In this document: positions 7,887 through 16,143 of the stretch, piece by piece | Layout of the letters: each line of letters begins with the position of its first letter | How positions within the stretch are numbered: position 1 is the stretch's first letter | Source: Candidatus Micrarchaeota archaeon | GTDB lineage: Archaea; Micrarchaeota; Micrarchaeia; Micrarchaeales; CABMGC01 | Reading direction: 5' to 3' | NCBI GenBank assembly: GCA_964579185.1 | Contig: CAZOFK010000001.1 | Location: 1 to 42,502, forward strand | DNA length: 42,502 nt | Notes under the pieces: model-generated | What the model was told of the DNA's origin: nothing | Databases searched by the model: none | The model's input: only the letters and a program-made list of their open reading frames with translations | Position numbers and translations under genes: made by a program

Positions 7887-10800
7887 ATGGCAATCGGATA
7901 TCTCAGAGAGAGAGGTGTGATGATCCTGTTCACAGCTGCCGCGGCTCTCTTCCTTTCAGGAAGCGCCGCTGCGATGGGCGTAATTCCGGGTGCAGCCTTT
8001 TCAAGCAATGGCATAATGATAGGAAACAGCGCTTCCTTGAATGTGCTTGTTTACGGGGGCATAGCGCCGTATAGATCTGCCTTATCGCTAATCTCTGATA
8101 CGAATGCGCTAAACTACAGCACAGGCATGCAAAACCTTACAGCATATGACTCCAATTCACTCAACTCTAATGCCATCCTTAGCATTGCAGTATATGCGAT
8201 CTCAGGGAATGTCATATCGCTTGAGGTCGACGGGATAAACCTCTCCGTAGCAGGCAATGCCATATACGGCGGCTGGACGCTCAACTGCGTCCTGGCCGAC
8301 AGCGCCTCGAACTCGCTTATGTTTAGCCTTCCCCTCACGATATATCCCCTGCTTAATGTCTCGGCTCCCGTACTTAATTCTAATGAGATAGCAGATGGGG
8401 GGGAACTTCTCGATGTGAAGGGCAGCGTGCGCGGAGGCAGCGGCGTGTATACGGCAGGCATTCTCGGCTCCTGGAATGATTCTGCATATATTGCAGCGAA
8501 CAGGAGCTGCGGGGTATACGGCAGCGTTGTAAACTGCTCCTTTATTGTTCCAGCTGAGCGTGCGCAGGGCCTTCTGCATATAAGATTTGAAATCACAGAC
8601 TCGCTTAACGACACACTTAATTCGACGCCAGTCACGCTCATGGTTTACCCTGAGCTTGAGCTGAGTACATCCCGGAATGTTATAAGACTTGACAGCGGCC
8701 AATCAATAGGCATACTCGCCAATGCCTCAGGAGGCACAGGGGATACAGCATATGCATGGAGCGTTCCGAACAGCCTAGCTATCGGCTCTGGCTGCGCAAC
8801 TGGCAGTGCGTGCAATGTCTCTGCAGAAACCCCGGGCACATACATCATAAAGGCAATGGCCATAGATAATGGCACCTCAGAGCCGCAGGCCAGCACAACT
8901 AAGAATATCAGCGTAGCTGTCATGGAACTTCCGCATCTTGCCATTCTACCTTCGATTGTGTATACGGACTATGGCGAAAACGCCATAATAAGCGCAGATG
9001 CCGGAGGTGGCACAGGCAGCTTCGCGTATCAGTGGTCTATGAACGGCATGCCTGTTGAAGGGGCAAAGAATAAAACACTGAGCGTAGGCGAGCCTCCTGG
9101 TGCATACAACATAACTCTGTCTGCCATAGATATCGGGACCACCGAAGGCGCATACCCGCTGCCTATGGCTTCAGCGTACGGGCTGATGCTCGTTCATCCT
9201 CGCCCATCCCTAAAGTCATCGCTTCCTCTGCTTATCAAGGCAGATAAAGGGCAGAAGTTGCAGTATAATGTAAGTGTACCTGCTGATTCAGGTGTAGGCC
9301 CATTCAGTATAGAGATAGTGTCCGATGGCAACACGTTATCATCGAATGATGTTTTAGGCGGCACCACCACTCTTTTGAACTACGTAGCAAACGAACTGGG
9401 AAACATGCCTCTGGAGATAATAGGCATTGACAAAGGCACAAGTGTGCCGTACGCCTTCGGCAGTATCAACAGCACGCTGCTTGTCAGGCCAGCGCCCGTT
9501 GTACAGATATCAAAAAACACGCTTATTCTTGATTCGGGTGAGAGAGGAGCATTCAGAGTAAGAGTAGAGAATGGCACAGGCCCATTCAGTATAGAGGTCA
9601 TTAACGCATCAGACGGCGCAAGCGTTGAGAATGTCACAGGGCTCTCATCCGGAAACGAGACAGATATAAACTTCACCGCCTCTCTTCCTGCAAACGCAAG
9701 CGCTTCAGAGACATATGGGTATGCACTGCTTGCAAAGGATACCGGTACAACGCTGCCGTTCGAATTCAACCCTATTCGGCTCACGCTTAAAGTGTATCCT
9801 GCTCTCAGCGTGCTTACCGACTACGATGCCGCTGCGTACACCATCAGCAACGCCTTCCCCATAGCCAACATAAACAGCAACCAGACATATACCTTCAACG
9901 TGCTCTCATACGTGGCCATAAGCGGCGGCACAGGCAATTATACATACAGCTGGGACACAAGCGGGCTCCCGAATAACTCATTCAGGGCGCTCTCATGTAA
10001 TACATACCTGTGCACGATTAAGGCTATAGGAAGCACCTTGAGCTCATCGGGCACGCTTCTGGCTAGCATAGCCGATACATCCGAAGGCAATCTCAGCTAC
10101 GCTAGCGAGTATTATTACGTCACAGACCCACTGCCACCGCACTACGAGGATTATCTTGATAGGGCACAGAATGTATACAACGCACCTGGCATAGGTATAA
10201 TAATACCCTCGGCGGGGCAGATTATTTATGCGCTTGGGTTAAGCAACGAGGTAGTAGCTATGAGCGGCATCTCTGACGCTGCGCTTAAGTCATTCGGAAT
10301 TGTGCCTTCTGCTATTGTGCAGAACATAGGCTCTCCGTGCTGTGCTCTCTCCGATTTTGCATCTAGGCTTATCTATGCCGGGGCCAATTATGTGCCGGTA
10401 GACGCAGGCGCATTTGAAGGAACACTGACTAGCGGCATCTCGATGCTTGAAGCAGGCAATATAGTGCCGGCAGTCTTGGGCGGTGATTTTGACTCTAATA
10501 TAACTGCTATTGAGAATGACGTTATGATTGTTGCCAATGAGACAGGCAGATACAGCGAAGGGGTCAGCGTGGCAGGGAAGATGGATAAAATACTTTCCGC
10601 AATAAAATCGCGCCTAGGTGGAAGCAAGAGTGAGAGTGTGGCGATGATAGCCGGCTGGTATCCGCCGATGTATATTGACGGCAGTGTCTCGTTCATAGGC
10701 TCCGAGATAGGTGCTGCCAATGGAAAGGATGTGTTTGGAGGCTTCTATCCCTCGCCTTCTCCGGAGGATCTCCTGTACAAGAACCCTGAGTATATCATTG

Positions 10801-11948
10801 CAGCCATATTCAGCTACCCTGCGAACATATCTGCGACATACGCAGCCCTTGAATCAATGCCTGGGATAACTGAGAGTAATGCATGGAAAGACGGGAAAGT
10901 TTATATTCTGGGTAATATGGCAACAAACCTCACGGATGAGCCCGGACCTCTCTCCGTTTATGGGGCCCTGCTATATGCGGCTATACTGCATCCTGAAGAG
11001 TTTGGGCTCTCTTATGCCACTCTGCCCCATAATATAACTTCGGGATGGGTAAGGAAGTATATTGCGCCAGACATAAGCCTTAGTATGCCTCCCCTGCTTG
11101 CTGAGAGCCGGAGCACTGCAACTACACAGCAGAATCTGAGCAATGGCAGCCCCGCTGCTCCGGGCTATGGACAGGCTGCAGGCGCAGGAAGCGTTCAGGC
11201 TACATGGAATGGCTTGTGTTACAGCATAACAAACATGAGCGATAATTCAAGCGCAACGCTGCTCTTCGGGAATATTGGAGTTCAGCTGTTTGTAAGCCAA
11301 ATAACCAGCAATGCGGCAGAGATGCGGGCATTAGGCAGCGTGTATGCGCTGGAAATAAACGCAAGCATAGGAATAGGCAGCGGGTATACTGCAAGGCTTC
11401 TCGGTGTAAACGGTGCTTCAGGAAGGCCTCTTGCCTCGCTTGATTTCTGCTCAGGTGCAAAAGCCGCATCTATAGCAAAGGCAGTTAGTGCCACAATAAA
11501 TGGGAGAGTACAAAGCAGCAATACCATGATCGGAAGCGTTCAGGGCATCGCTGCGCCTGAACTCAGCATAGCAAACAGCAGCGTCATTGCAGGTGGCAGC
11601 GATGAGATTACGGCCTATGCGCCGATGAATGAGACAGTTGCAATACTTGTTAACGGCACCTCACTCTCAACGGGAAACGGCACTGCAGTATTCAACGCGG
11701 GGCTTCTCGGCGAGGGTATGTACGGAATAAAGGCCTGTGCATACGCCCTGGGAAAAGAGGAATGCAGTGCTGTAAGAGGCGTAAGCGTGCGCGTTGCTGG
11801 GACAGCGGCGCCCAGCGCGGCGCCAAACGCAGAGACTAAAGCCGTACAGAACTCCCTGCTGCTCCCGGTCCTGGCAGGCACTGGTATAGTCATCGCAATA
11901 GGCTATCTCGTTGCAAATAATCCATGGCGCAGGAAGCGCCCGACTTGA
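7887..11948 (+). CDS. 1353-aa cell-surface protein: signal peptide, about 7 Ig-like modules, embedded class-III (BtuF/FhuD-type) substrate-binding domain, further extracellular region, C-terminal TM anchor
   Basis: Signal peptide MILFTAAAALFLSGSAAA. A recurring strand motif occurs at residues ~57, 183, 283, 374, 469, 563 and 681: GGIAPY, GGSGVY, GGTGDTAYAW, GGGTGSFAYQW, GVGPFSIEI, GTGPFSIEV, GGTGNYTYSW. Binding-protein blocks span residues ~768-1040. C-terminal LLLPVLAGTGIVIAIGYLVANNPW followed by RRKRPT. Confidence 0.75.
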   Translation: MAIGYLRERGVMILFTAAAALFLSGSAAAMGVIPGAAFSSNGIMIGNSASLNVLVYGGIAPYRSALSLISDTNALNYSTGMQNLTAYDSNSLNSNAILSIAVYAISGNVISLEVDGINLSVAGNAIYGGWTLNCVLADSASNSLMFSLPLTIYPLLNVSAPVLNSNEIADGGELLDVKGSVRGGSGVYTAGILGSWNDSAYIAANRSCGVYGSVVNCSFIVPAERAQGLLHIRFEITDSLNDTLNSTPVTLMVYPELELSTSRNVIRLDSGQSIGILANASGGTGDTAYAWSVPNSLAIGSGCATGSACNVSAETPGTYIIKAMAIDNGTSEPQASTTKNISVAVMELPHLAILPSIVYTDYGENAIISADAGGGTGSFAYQWSMNGMPVEGAKNKTLSVGEPPGAYNITLSAIDIGTTEGAYPLPMASAYGLMLVHPRPSLKSSLPLLIKADKGQKLQYNVSVPADSGVGPFSIEIVSDGNTLSSNDVLGGTTTLLNYVANELGNMPLEIIGIDKGTSVPYAFGSINSTLLVRPAPVVQISKNTLILDSGERGAFRVRVENGTGPFSIEVINASDGASVENVTGLSSGNETDINFTASLPANASASETYGYALLAKDTGTTLPFEFNPIRLTLKVYPALSVLTDYDAAAYTISNAFPIANINSNQTYTFNVLSYVAISGGTGNYTYSWDTSGLPNNSFRALSCNTYLCTIKAIGSTLSSSGTLLASIADTSEGNLSYASEYYYVTDPLPPHYEDYLDRAQNVYNAPGIGIIIPSAGQIIYALGLSNEVVAMSGISDAALKSFGIVPSAIVQNIGSPCCALSDFASRLIYAGANYVPVDAGAFEGTLTSGISMLEAGNIVPAVLGGDFDSNITAIENDVMIVANETGRYSEGVSVAGKMDKILSAIKSRLGGSKSESVAMIAGWYPPMYIDGSVSFIGSEIGAANGKDVFGGFYPSPSPEDLLYKNPEYIIAAIFSYPANISATYAALESMPGITESNAWKDGKVYILGNMATNLTDEPGPLSVYGALLYAAILHPEEFGLSYATLPHNITSGWVRKYIAPDISLSMPPLLAESRSTATTQQNLSNGSPAAPGYGQAAGAGSVQATWNGLCYSITNMSDNSSATLLFGNIGVQLFVSQITSNAAEMRALGSVYALEINASIGIGSGYTARLLGVNGASGRPLASLDFCSGAKAASIAKAVSATINGRVQSSNTMIGSVQGIAAPELSIANSSVIAGGSDEITAYAPMNETVAILVNGTSLSTGNGTAVFNAGLLGEGMYGIKACAYALGKEECSAVRGVSVRVAGTAAPSAAPNAETKAVQNSLLLPVLAGTGIVIAIGYLVANNPWRRKRPT
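10188..11006 (+). other. Embedded periplasmic-binding-protein type III domain (PF01497-like) within the 7887-11948 ORF
   Basis: The block order matches BtuF/FhuD-type proteins as I recall them. N-lobe start IGIIIPSAGQIIYALGLSNEVVAMSG. Inter-lobe helix region GVSVAGKMDKILSAIKSRLGG. C-lobe SVAMIAGWYPPMYIDGSVSFIGSEIGAANGKDVF, SPEDLLYKNPEYIIAA, WKDGKVYILG...EPGPLSVYGALLYAAILHPEEFG. Confidence 0.65.
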
Positions 11949-12008
11949 CAGAGGCAGAGCATGCTCGGTATATAAAAGGCAGTACTTCCTAATTACGCTG
12001 TGTTGAAA

Positions 12009-12551
12009 ATGGCTGCCATCTATTTTACGAGAACCGGCGATGACGGCTCAACCGGAGTATTCGGAGGTCGCGTGCGGAAAGACAGCACGCTCATTGACGT
12101 TATTGGAAACATAGACGAGCTTAACAGCAGCATAGGCATTGTACTCCAGCATATATCCGATAAGAGCCTACAGGACTGGCTTTACGAGGTTCAGAACGAC
12201 CTGTTCAAGATAGGAGCGTATATGGCTTTCCTACAAAACAAGCAGGGAAAGAAGGTTTGCGTGGACAAATCAGACATCGAGAAGCTTGAGGGGCATATAA
12301 AAAGCCTCTCTGAGGCGCTGCCTGAACAGCATCAGTTTGTCATACCCTCCGGCGCGCATGCTGCTCCTTTTCTGCATTTCGCCAGGGCTGTTGCAAGGAG
12401 GGCTGAGAGGAGCATGGTCTCGCTGACAAACGAGTATGATGTGGATAAGGATGCAATAGCATATGCGAACAGGCTCTCTTCGTTTTTATTTGTCGCGGCG
12501 CTATATGTAAACCACTCAGCAGGAAAGGAAGAGCGCCATCCCACTTACTGA
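12009..12551 (+). CDS. pduO: PduO-type ATP:cob(I)alamin adenosyltransferase
   Basis: N-terminal TRTGDDGST motif, about 180-aa helical protein, FVIPSG...FLHFARAVARRAER block. TATATAAAAG box at 11969-11978. The start is either ATG 12009 or GTG 12000 (leaderless). Confidence 0.85.
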   Translation: MAAIYFTRTGDDGSTGVFGGRVRKDSTLIDVIGNIDELNSSIGIVLQHISDKSLQDWLYEVQNDLFKIGAYMAFLQNKQGKKVCVDKSDIEKLEGHIKSLSEALPEQHQFVIPSGAHAAPFLHFARAVARRAERSMVSLTNEYDVDKDAIAYANRLSSFLFVAALYVNHSAGKEERHPTY

Positions 12552-12581
12552 GCATACTCGAAGTGGAATTATTGGGATAAT

Positions 12582-13511
12582 ATGTACCTGTCATGCATGA
12601 GACTCAGTAAGGTATATGAAAAGGGCATTAGGGTGCTCGGCCCCCTTAGCCTTGACATCCCCATGCAAGGGGTCTTCGCCCTGATAGGCAGGAACGGCGC
12701 AGGAAAGACTACGCTTGTGCGCATGCTTGCAACTGAGTTGATGCCGACATCAGGCAGTGCCAAGATGAACGGAGTCGACCTAGTGGCTAACCCTGAGAGG
12801 ATAAGGGAAGAGATCGCCATTGTGCCTCAGGAAGCGAGATGTATACCTTGGATTACACCCATGCAGACGGTAATCTCATACCTGATGTTCAGAGGCTTAG
12901 GATACAGCGCAGCAAGGAGAAAAGCCGCAGAGGCTTTGAGGAAGCTGAAGGTTTATAGTTATAGGGATAAACCGACGCGGAACCTCTCCGGAGGCATAAA
13001 AAGGAAGGTGCTTGTAGCTATGGCGCTGGCTTCAGACGCACGTGTGCTCTTCCTTGATGAGCCGACGACAGGTCTTGATCCTATCTCAAGGAATGAACTC
13101 TGGAACGTCTTGATGGATCTCAAAAAGGAGCGCTTTATATTCCTGACAACGCATTATCTCGAAGAGGCGGAGCGCCTTGCTGATACTATAGGCATAATGG
13201 ATAGGGGCAAGTTGCTCGCAATAGGCTCCCTAGACGATCTCAGGAAAAGGGTAGGCTACCAGTACAGTATAAGGGTGCTTGAGAAGGGAATAAGACCTGG
13301 CATAAGGATAAAGAGAGGCATGACAATAAAGGGCATTGACGGGTTTGAGCAGATTCTTACTACAGAGATAGAGGCGCGCAGGATCTCGAAGTACTTCATA
13401 GAGCAAGGCATTAAGTTTTCTTCGAATCCAGTTTCTCTAGACGATATCTTTTATTACCTGGTAAAAAGGCCCATAGGTGACAAATATGACAACAATAGCG
13501 AAGAGGCTTAA
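12582..13511 (+). CDS. ABC-2-type (DrrA/CcmA-like) transporter ATP-binding protein
   Basis: Walker A GRNGAGKTT, signature LSGGIKRK, Walker B LFLDEPTTGLD. The likely true start is M6 (12597, MRLSKVYEKG). Confidence 0.85.
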   Translation: MYLSCMRLSKVYEKGIRVLGPLSLDIPMQGVFALIGRNGAGKTTLVRMLATELMPTSGSAKMNGVDLVANPERIREEIAIVPQEARCIPWITPMQTVISYLMFRGLGYSAARRKAAEALRKLKVYSYRDKPTRNLSGGIKRKVLVAMALASDARVLFLDEPTTGLDPISRNELWNVLMDLKKERFIFLTTHYLEEAERLADTIGIMDRGKLLAIGSLDDLRKRVGYQYSIRVLEKGIRPGIRIKRGMTIKGIDGFEQILTTEIEARRISKYFIEQGIKFSSNPVSLDDIFYYLVKRPIGDKYDNNSEEA

Positions 13512-14235
13512 CCAGTTTAACGCCTCAGTGCTTATAAATGCAGTGTACGCTATGCGAAGCTACCCGCTTATGCTTGTGAATACCTTCATATCACCGCTCT
13601 CTCTTCTTCTTGTGCTCACGTTCGTAAGTCACGGCTCCCTTATAGGCGTTGCCGTCGAAGGAGGGCTTATAACAAGTATGGTTTCGGCAGGAACGTCACT
13701 GCAGGCAGATCTCTCGCACCTCAAGAACGACTTCGAATTTCAGGATATAGTAGTCAGTTCGCCTACGAGTGCAGCTGTCTACATAACAGGCATGGCGCTT
13801 TCTGAACTTGTGTATTATCTGCCTTCGCTTTTTGTGTTTGGAATACTGGCTCTGCTTTTCATAAAGGCCACACTGGCTGCGGCAATATCAATACTGCTCG
13901 CTATGCTTCTCATGTTCATGTTCTCTATAGTGCTTGGATTTATGCTCTCGACTTTTTCTTCGGACATCATGGAAAACTGGTCCTTCTCTGTCATTCTATC
14001 CACGGTGCTTTCAACTGTACCTCCGGTCTATTATCCCATAACGTATATACCGTTGCCGTACAGGTACATAGCCTACCTCTCACCTACAACTTATGCGGCA
14101 GAGATAGTCCAGAATGCGGCAGGATATCTGCCCCTTGGCACAGTGTATATCAGGGTGGCGTGGCTTGTGCTGGGAGGCACTACACTGCTTCTCTTGGCAG
14201 TAGCCCTGAAAAAGACAAGGTGGAGAGAACCTTAG
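13477..14235 (+). CDS. ABC-2 family transporter permease
   Basis: About 6 hydrophobic helices. Overlaps the preceding ATPase gene by about 26-35 nt, the typical ABC-2 exporter pair arrangement. Confidence 0.7.
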   Translation: MTNMTTIAKRLNQFNASVLINAVYAMRSYPLMLVNTFISPLSLLLVLTFVSHGSLIGVAVEGGLITSMVSAGTSLQADLSHLKNDFEFQDIVVSSPTSAAVYITGMALSELVYYLPSLFVFGILALLFIKATLAAAISILLAMLLMFMFSIVLGFMLSTFSSDIMENWSFSVILSTVLSTVPPVYYPITYIPLPYRYIAYLSPTTYAAEIVQNAAGYLPLGTVYIRVAWLVLGGTTLLLLAVALKKTRWREP

Positions 14236-15557
14236 GCCTCTTTTTCAACCGGTTCCTGCTTCTTAGGATCTGCAGTGATCTCTATGACAGACTCTTTGTT
14301 TTTGATCTCGTTTTCCTGAGGCTGTTTCTTATTTGCAGAGAGCTCATCGGCCTCGACGCCCTTCCTTATCCTGCTTACCTCGCGCACTGAGTTTATTCTG
14401 GCACGCGCATAAAGTGCGAGGAGTATTGTGGCTATTGCGCCTGCCAGATATTCAAAATACGAAGAACCTGCAAAGGCGCCTAATGAGCCAAGCGCAGAGG
14501 GCAGATGTATGCCTATGCTGTTAAGCTTAAGGCTATCCTTTCTTTTGCACTGTGCTATGGCGTTCCCTACTGCGGCTGACAAGTCCATTGAATAATTCAG
14601 GTATTCTGCCGAACCCGGGAGAGTCACAGGATTCGTGTAATTGAGCGCAGAGGCCAGGCTTTCGTTTAATGCTGTACTGTTCTGCGTGCAGTTTCTAAGG
14701 AGAGCGTAGTTTGAGGTATAGTTTGACTTCGCTGCAACGATCATCTCATAGGCCCTTATGTTGTTGTTTATTATAATGTTTGAATCGGTAATGAAAGCTG
14801 AGATTGAGGACTGGTACGGCAGCACGCTCATGTTTGCCAGAGATGCGTTGTAGTAAGCGCACTCCAGATTAGAGCTCTCTGCGCAGAGCGTCGCGTTGTG
14901 CAGGTACGCAGATGCGTTTATTAGCACGATGCCTATGCTGCTGTTGCATATGCCATAGGTGCCGCAGATGTACATATAGGTATCGGCCTCTGGCACAAGC
15001 GCCGAAAATGTAGAGTTGTATATGCGCAGCACCTTGTTTTCGTATGCTGTAAGATGGTGGTAAATTGTGAGGTTTATACTGTAATTGTAGCGTATTTCGG
15101 GATACGGGATTGAAGAGAGCCTTAACCCTACCGAGGCGTTCAGGCTTCCATTGCCTTCTAATATGCCTATGGGCTTCAGCCTTACGGAGCACCATGAGGG
15201 CTCGCTTCCGGCTATGCACCTCAGCCCCGAAAGGTCGAGTGGTTCGCTAATATTGGCGCTATCTGCCTGCGATACGGTGAAGTTGCCATAGTATGCAGGG
15301 TAGCCTGACGCTATGGGAAATGAAACGCCTATGCCTGATGCGTCTGCGCACGAGATGGCTGTTGCATTAACCTGCATGCAGCTCTCTGAGATAGGCATTA
15401 TAAGCTTAGGCACCGAGGCTCTCTGAGGCTGTACCAGCGCAAGGAAAACGAGTATGGCGAGCATAAATATTGTTTTTGAGCTTCTGCGGAGCTCGATGTA
15501 CTCATAGTCTGATTGAATATGTATGCCTGTATACCCTCTTTCCATTCTTAAGACCAT
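14232..15557 (-). CDS. Surface-exposed, sequon-rich, Cys-paired glycoprotein with a C-terminal TM anchor and charged tail; function unknown
   Basis: N-terminal hydrophobic segment IFMLAILVFLALV. I count 19 N-x-S/T sequons. Paired cysteines. C-terminal helix YLAGAIATILLALYA followed by a K/E-rich tail. The start is uncertain: M1 overlaps the upstream gene by 56 nt. Confidence 0.55.
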   Translation of the reverse strand: MVLRMERGYTGIHIQSDYEYIELRRSSKTIFMLAILVFLALVQPQRASVPKLIMPISESCMQVNATAISCADASGIGVSFPIASGYPAYYGNFTVSQADSANISEPLDLSGLRCIAGSEPSWCSVRLKPIGILEGNGSLNASVGLRLSSIPYPEIRYNYSINLTIYHHLTAYENKVLRIYNSTFSALVPEADTYMYICGTYGICNSSIGIVLINASAYLHNATLCAESSNLECAYYNASLANMSVLPYQSSISAFITDSNIIINNNIRAYEMIVAAKSNYTSNYALLRNCTQNSTALNESLASALNYTNPVTLPGSAEYLNYSMDLSAAVGNAIAQCKRKDSLKLNSIGIHLPSALGSLGAFAGSSYFEYLAGAIATILLALYARARINSVREVSRIRKGVEADELSANKKQPQENEIKNKESVIEITADPKKQEPVEKEA

Positions 15558-16143
15558 ATAAGGTGTAGGAAGCCATCGCTACAATGCGCCCCCGGGCTAT
15601 GAACGCAGCTGCAAGCCCTTTATCGCTTACATACAGGTCGCGCCCGTTATCGTTCTCTTCGGTCCTGGCTATAAATGCACCATGACGCTCAAGATAGGCA
15701 TTGAGCTTGATGCTGAGCTTCTCCACGCGTTCGGGGTTGCCCCTTAGCTGCATCACCGCCTCGTAATACGAGCCTGCCTTCTTCCTACATTTATCGCATA
15801 ATACTTTGGTATAGCTCATATTTATCCTTTTCTCAGCTATAGCCTTATGGCCTGCCGCGTTCATAAGTTCGAGGGTGACGCACGTCCTATCTATATCTAG
15901 AATCCTGAACGCACAGCCCTTTAAGGAGAGGCTTATGGCCTTTTGCATAGCCTCGGGCGTAGGCTTGAAATAAGCTCCGGCTATGCGTATCCTGTCGCAT
16001 GCTTTGCAGCGCGCTATTGTTGCCTCTGAAGGCACCTTATCCGAGATCCGTTTCCCTGCGCATGGGGCACAGAACTCACCGATAAACTCTACCTCGCTGC
16101 TTGAGGCATTGCATATGGGGCAGTGCTTAGGCACCCTCACCAC
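15502..16143 (-). CDS. NMD3-family (N-terminal Zn-binding domain) protein, ribosome biogenesis-related
   Basis: Serial CxxC pairs (CPIC, CAPC, CKAC, CDKC) and the YYEAVMQLRG block characteristic of the NMD3 N-terminal domain. GTG start; overlaps the secD 3' end. Confidence 0.55.
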   Translation of the reverse strand: MVRVPKHCPICNASSSEVEFIGEFCAPCAGKRISDKVPSEATIARCKACDRIRIAGAYFKPTPEAMQKAISLSLKGCAFRILDIDRTCVTLELMNAAGHKAIAEKRINMSYTKVLCDKCRKKAGSYYEAVMQLRGNPERVEKLSIKLNAYLERHGAFIARTEENDNGRDLYVSDKGLAAAFIARGRIVAMASYTLYGLKNGKRVYRHTYSIRL

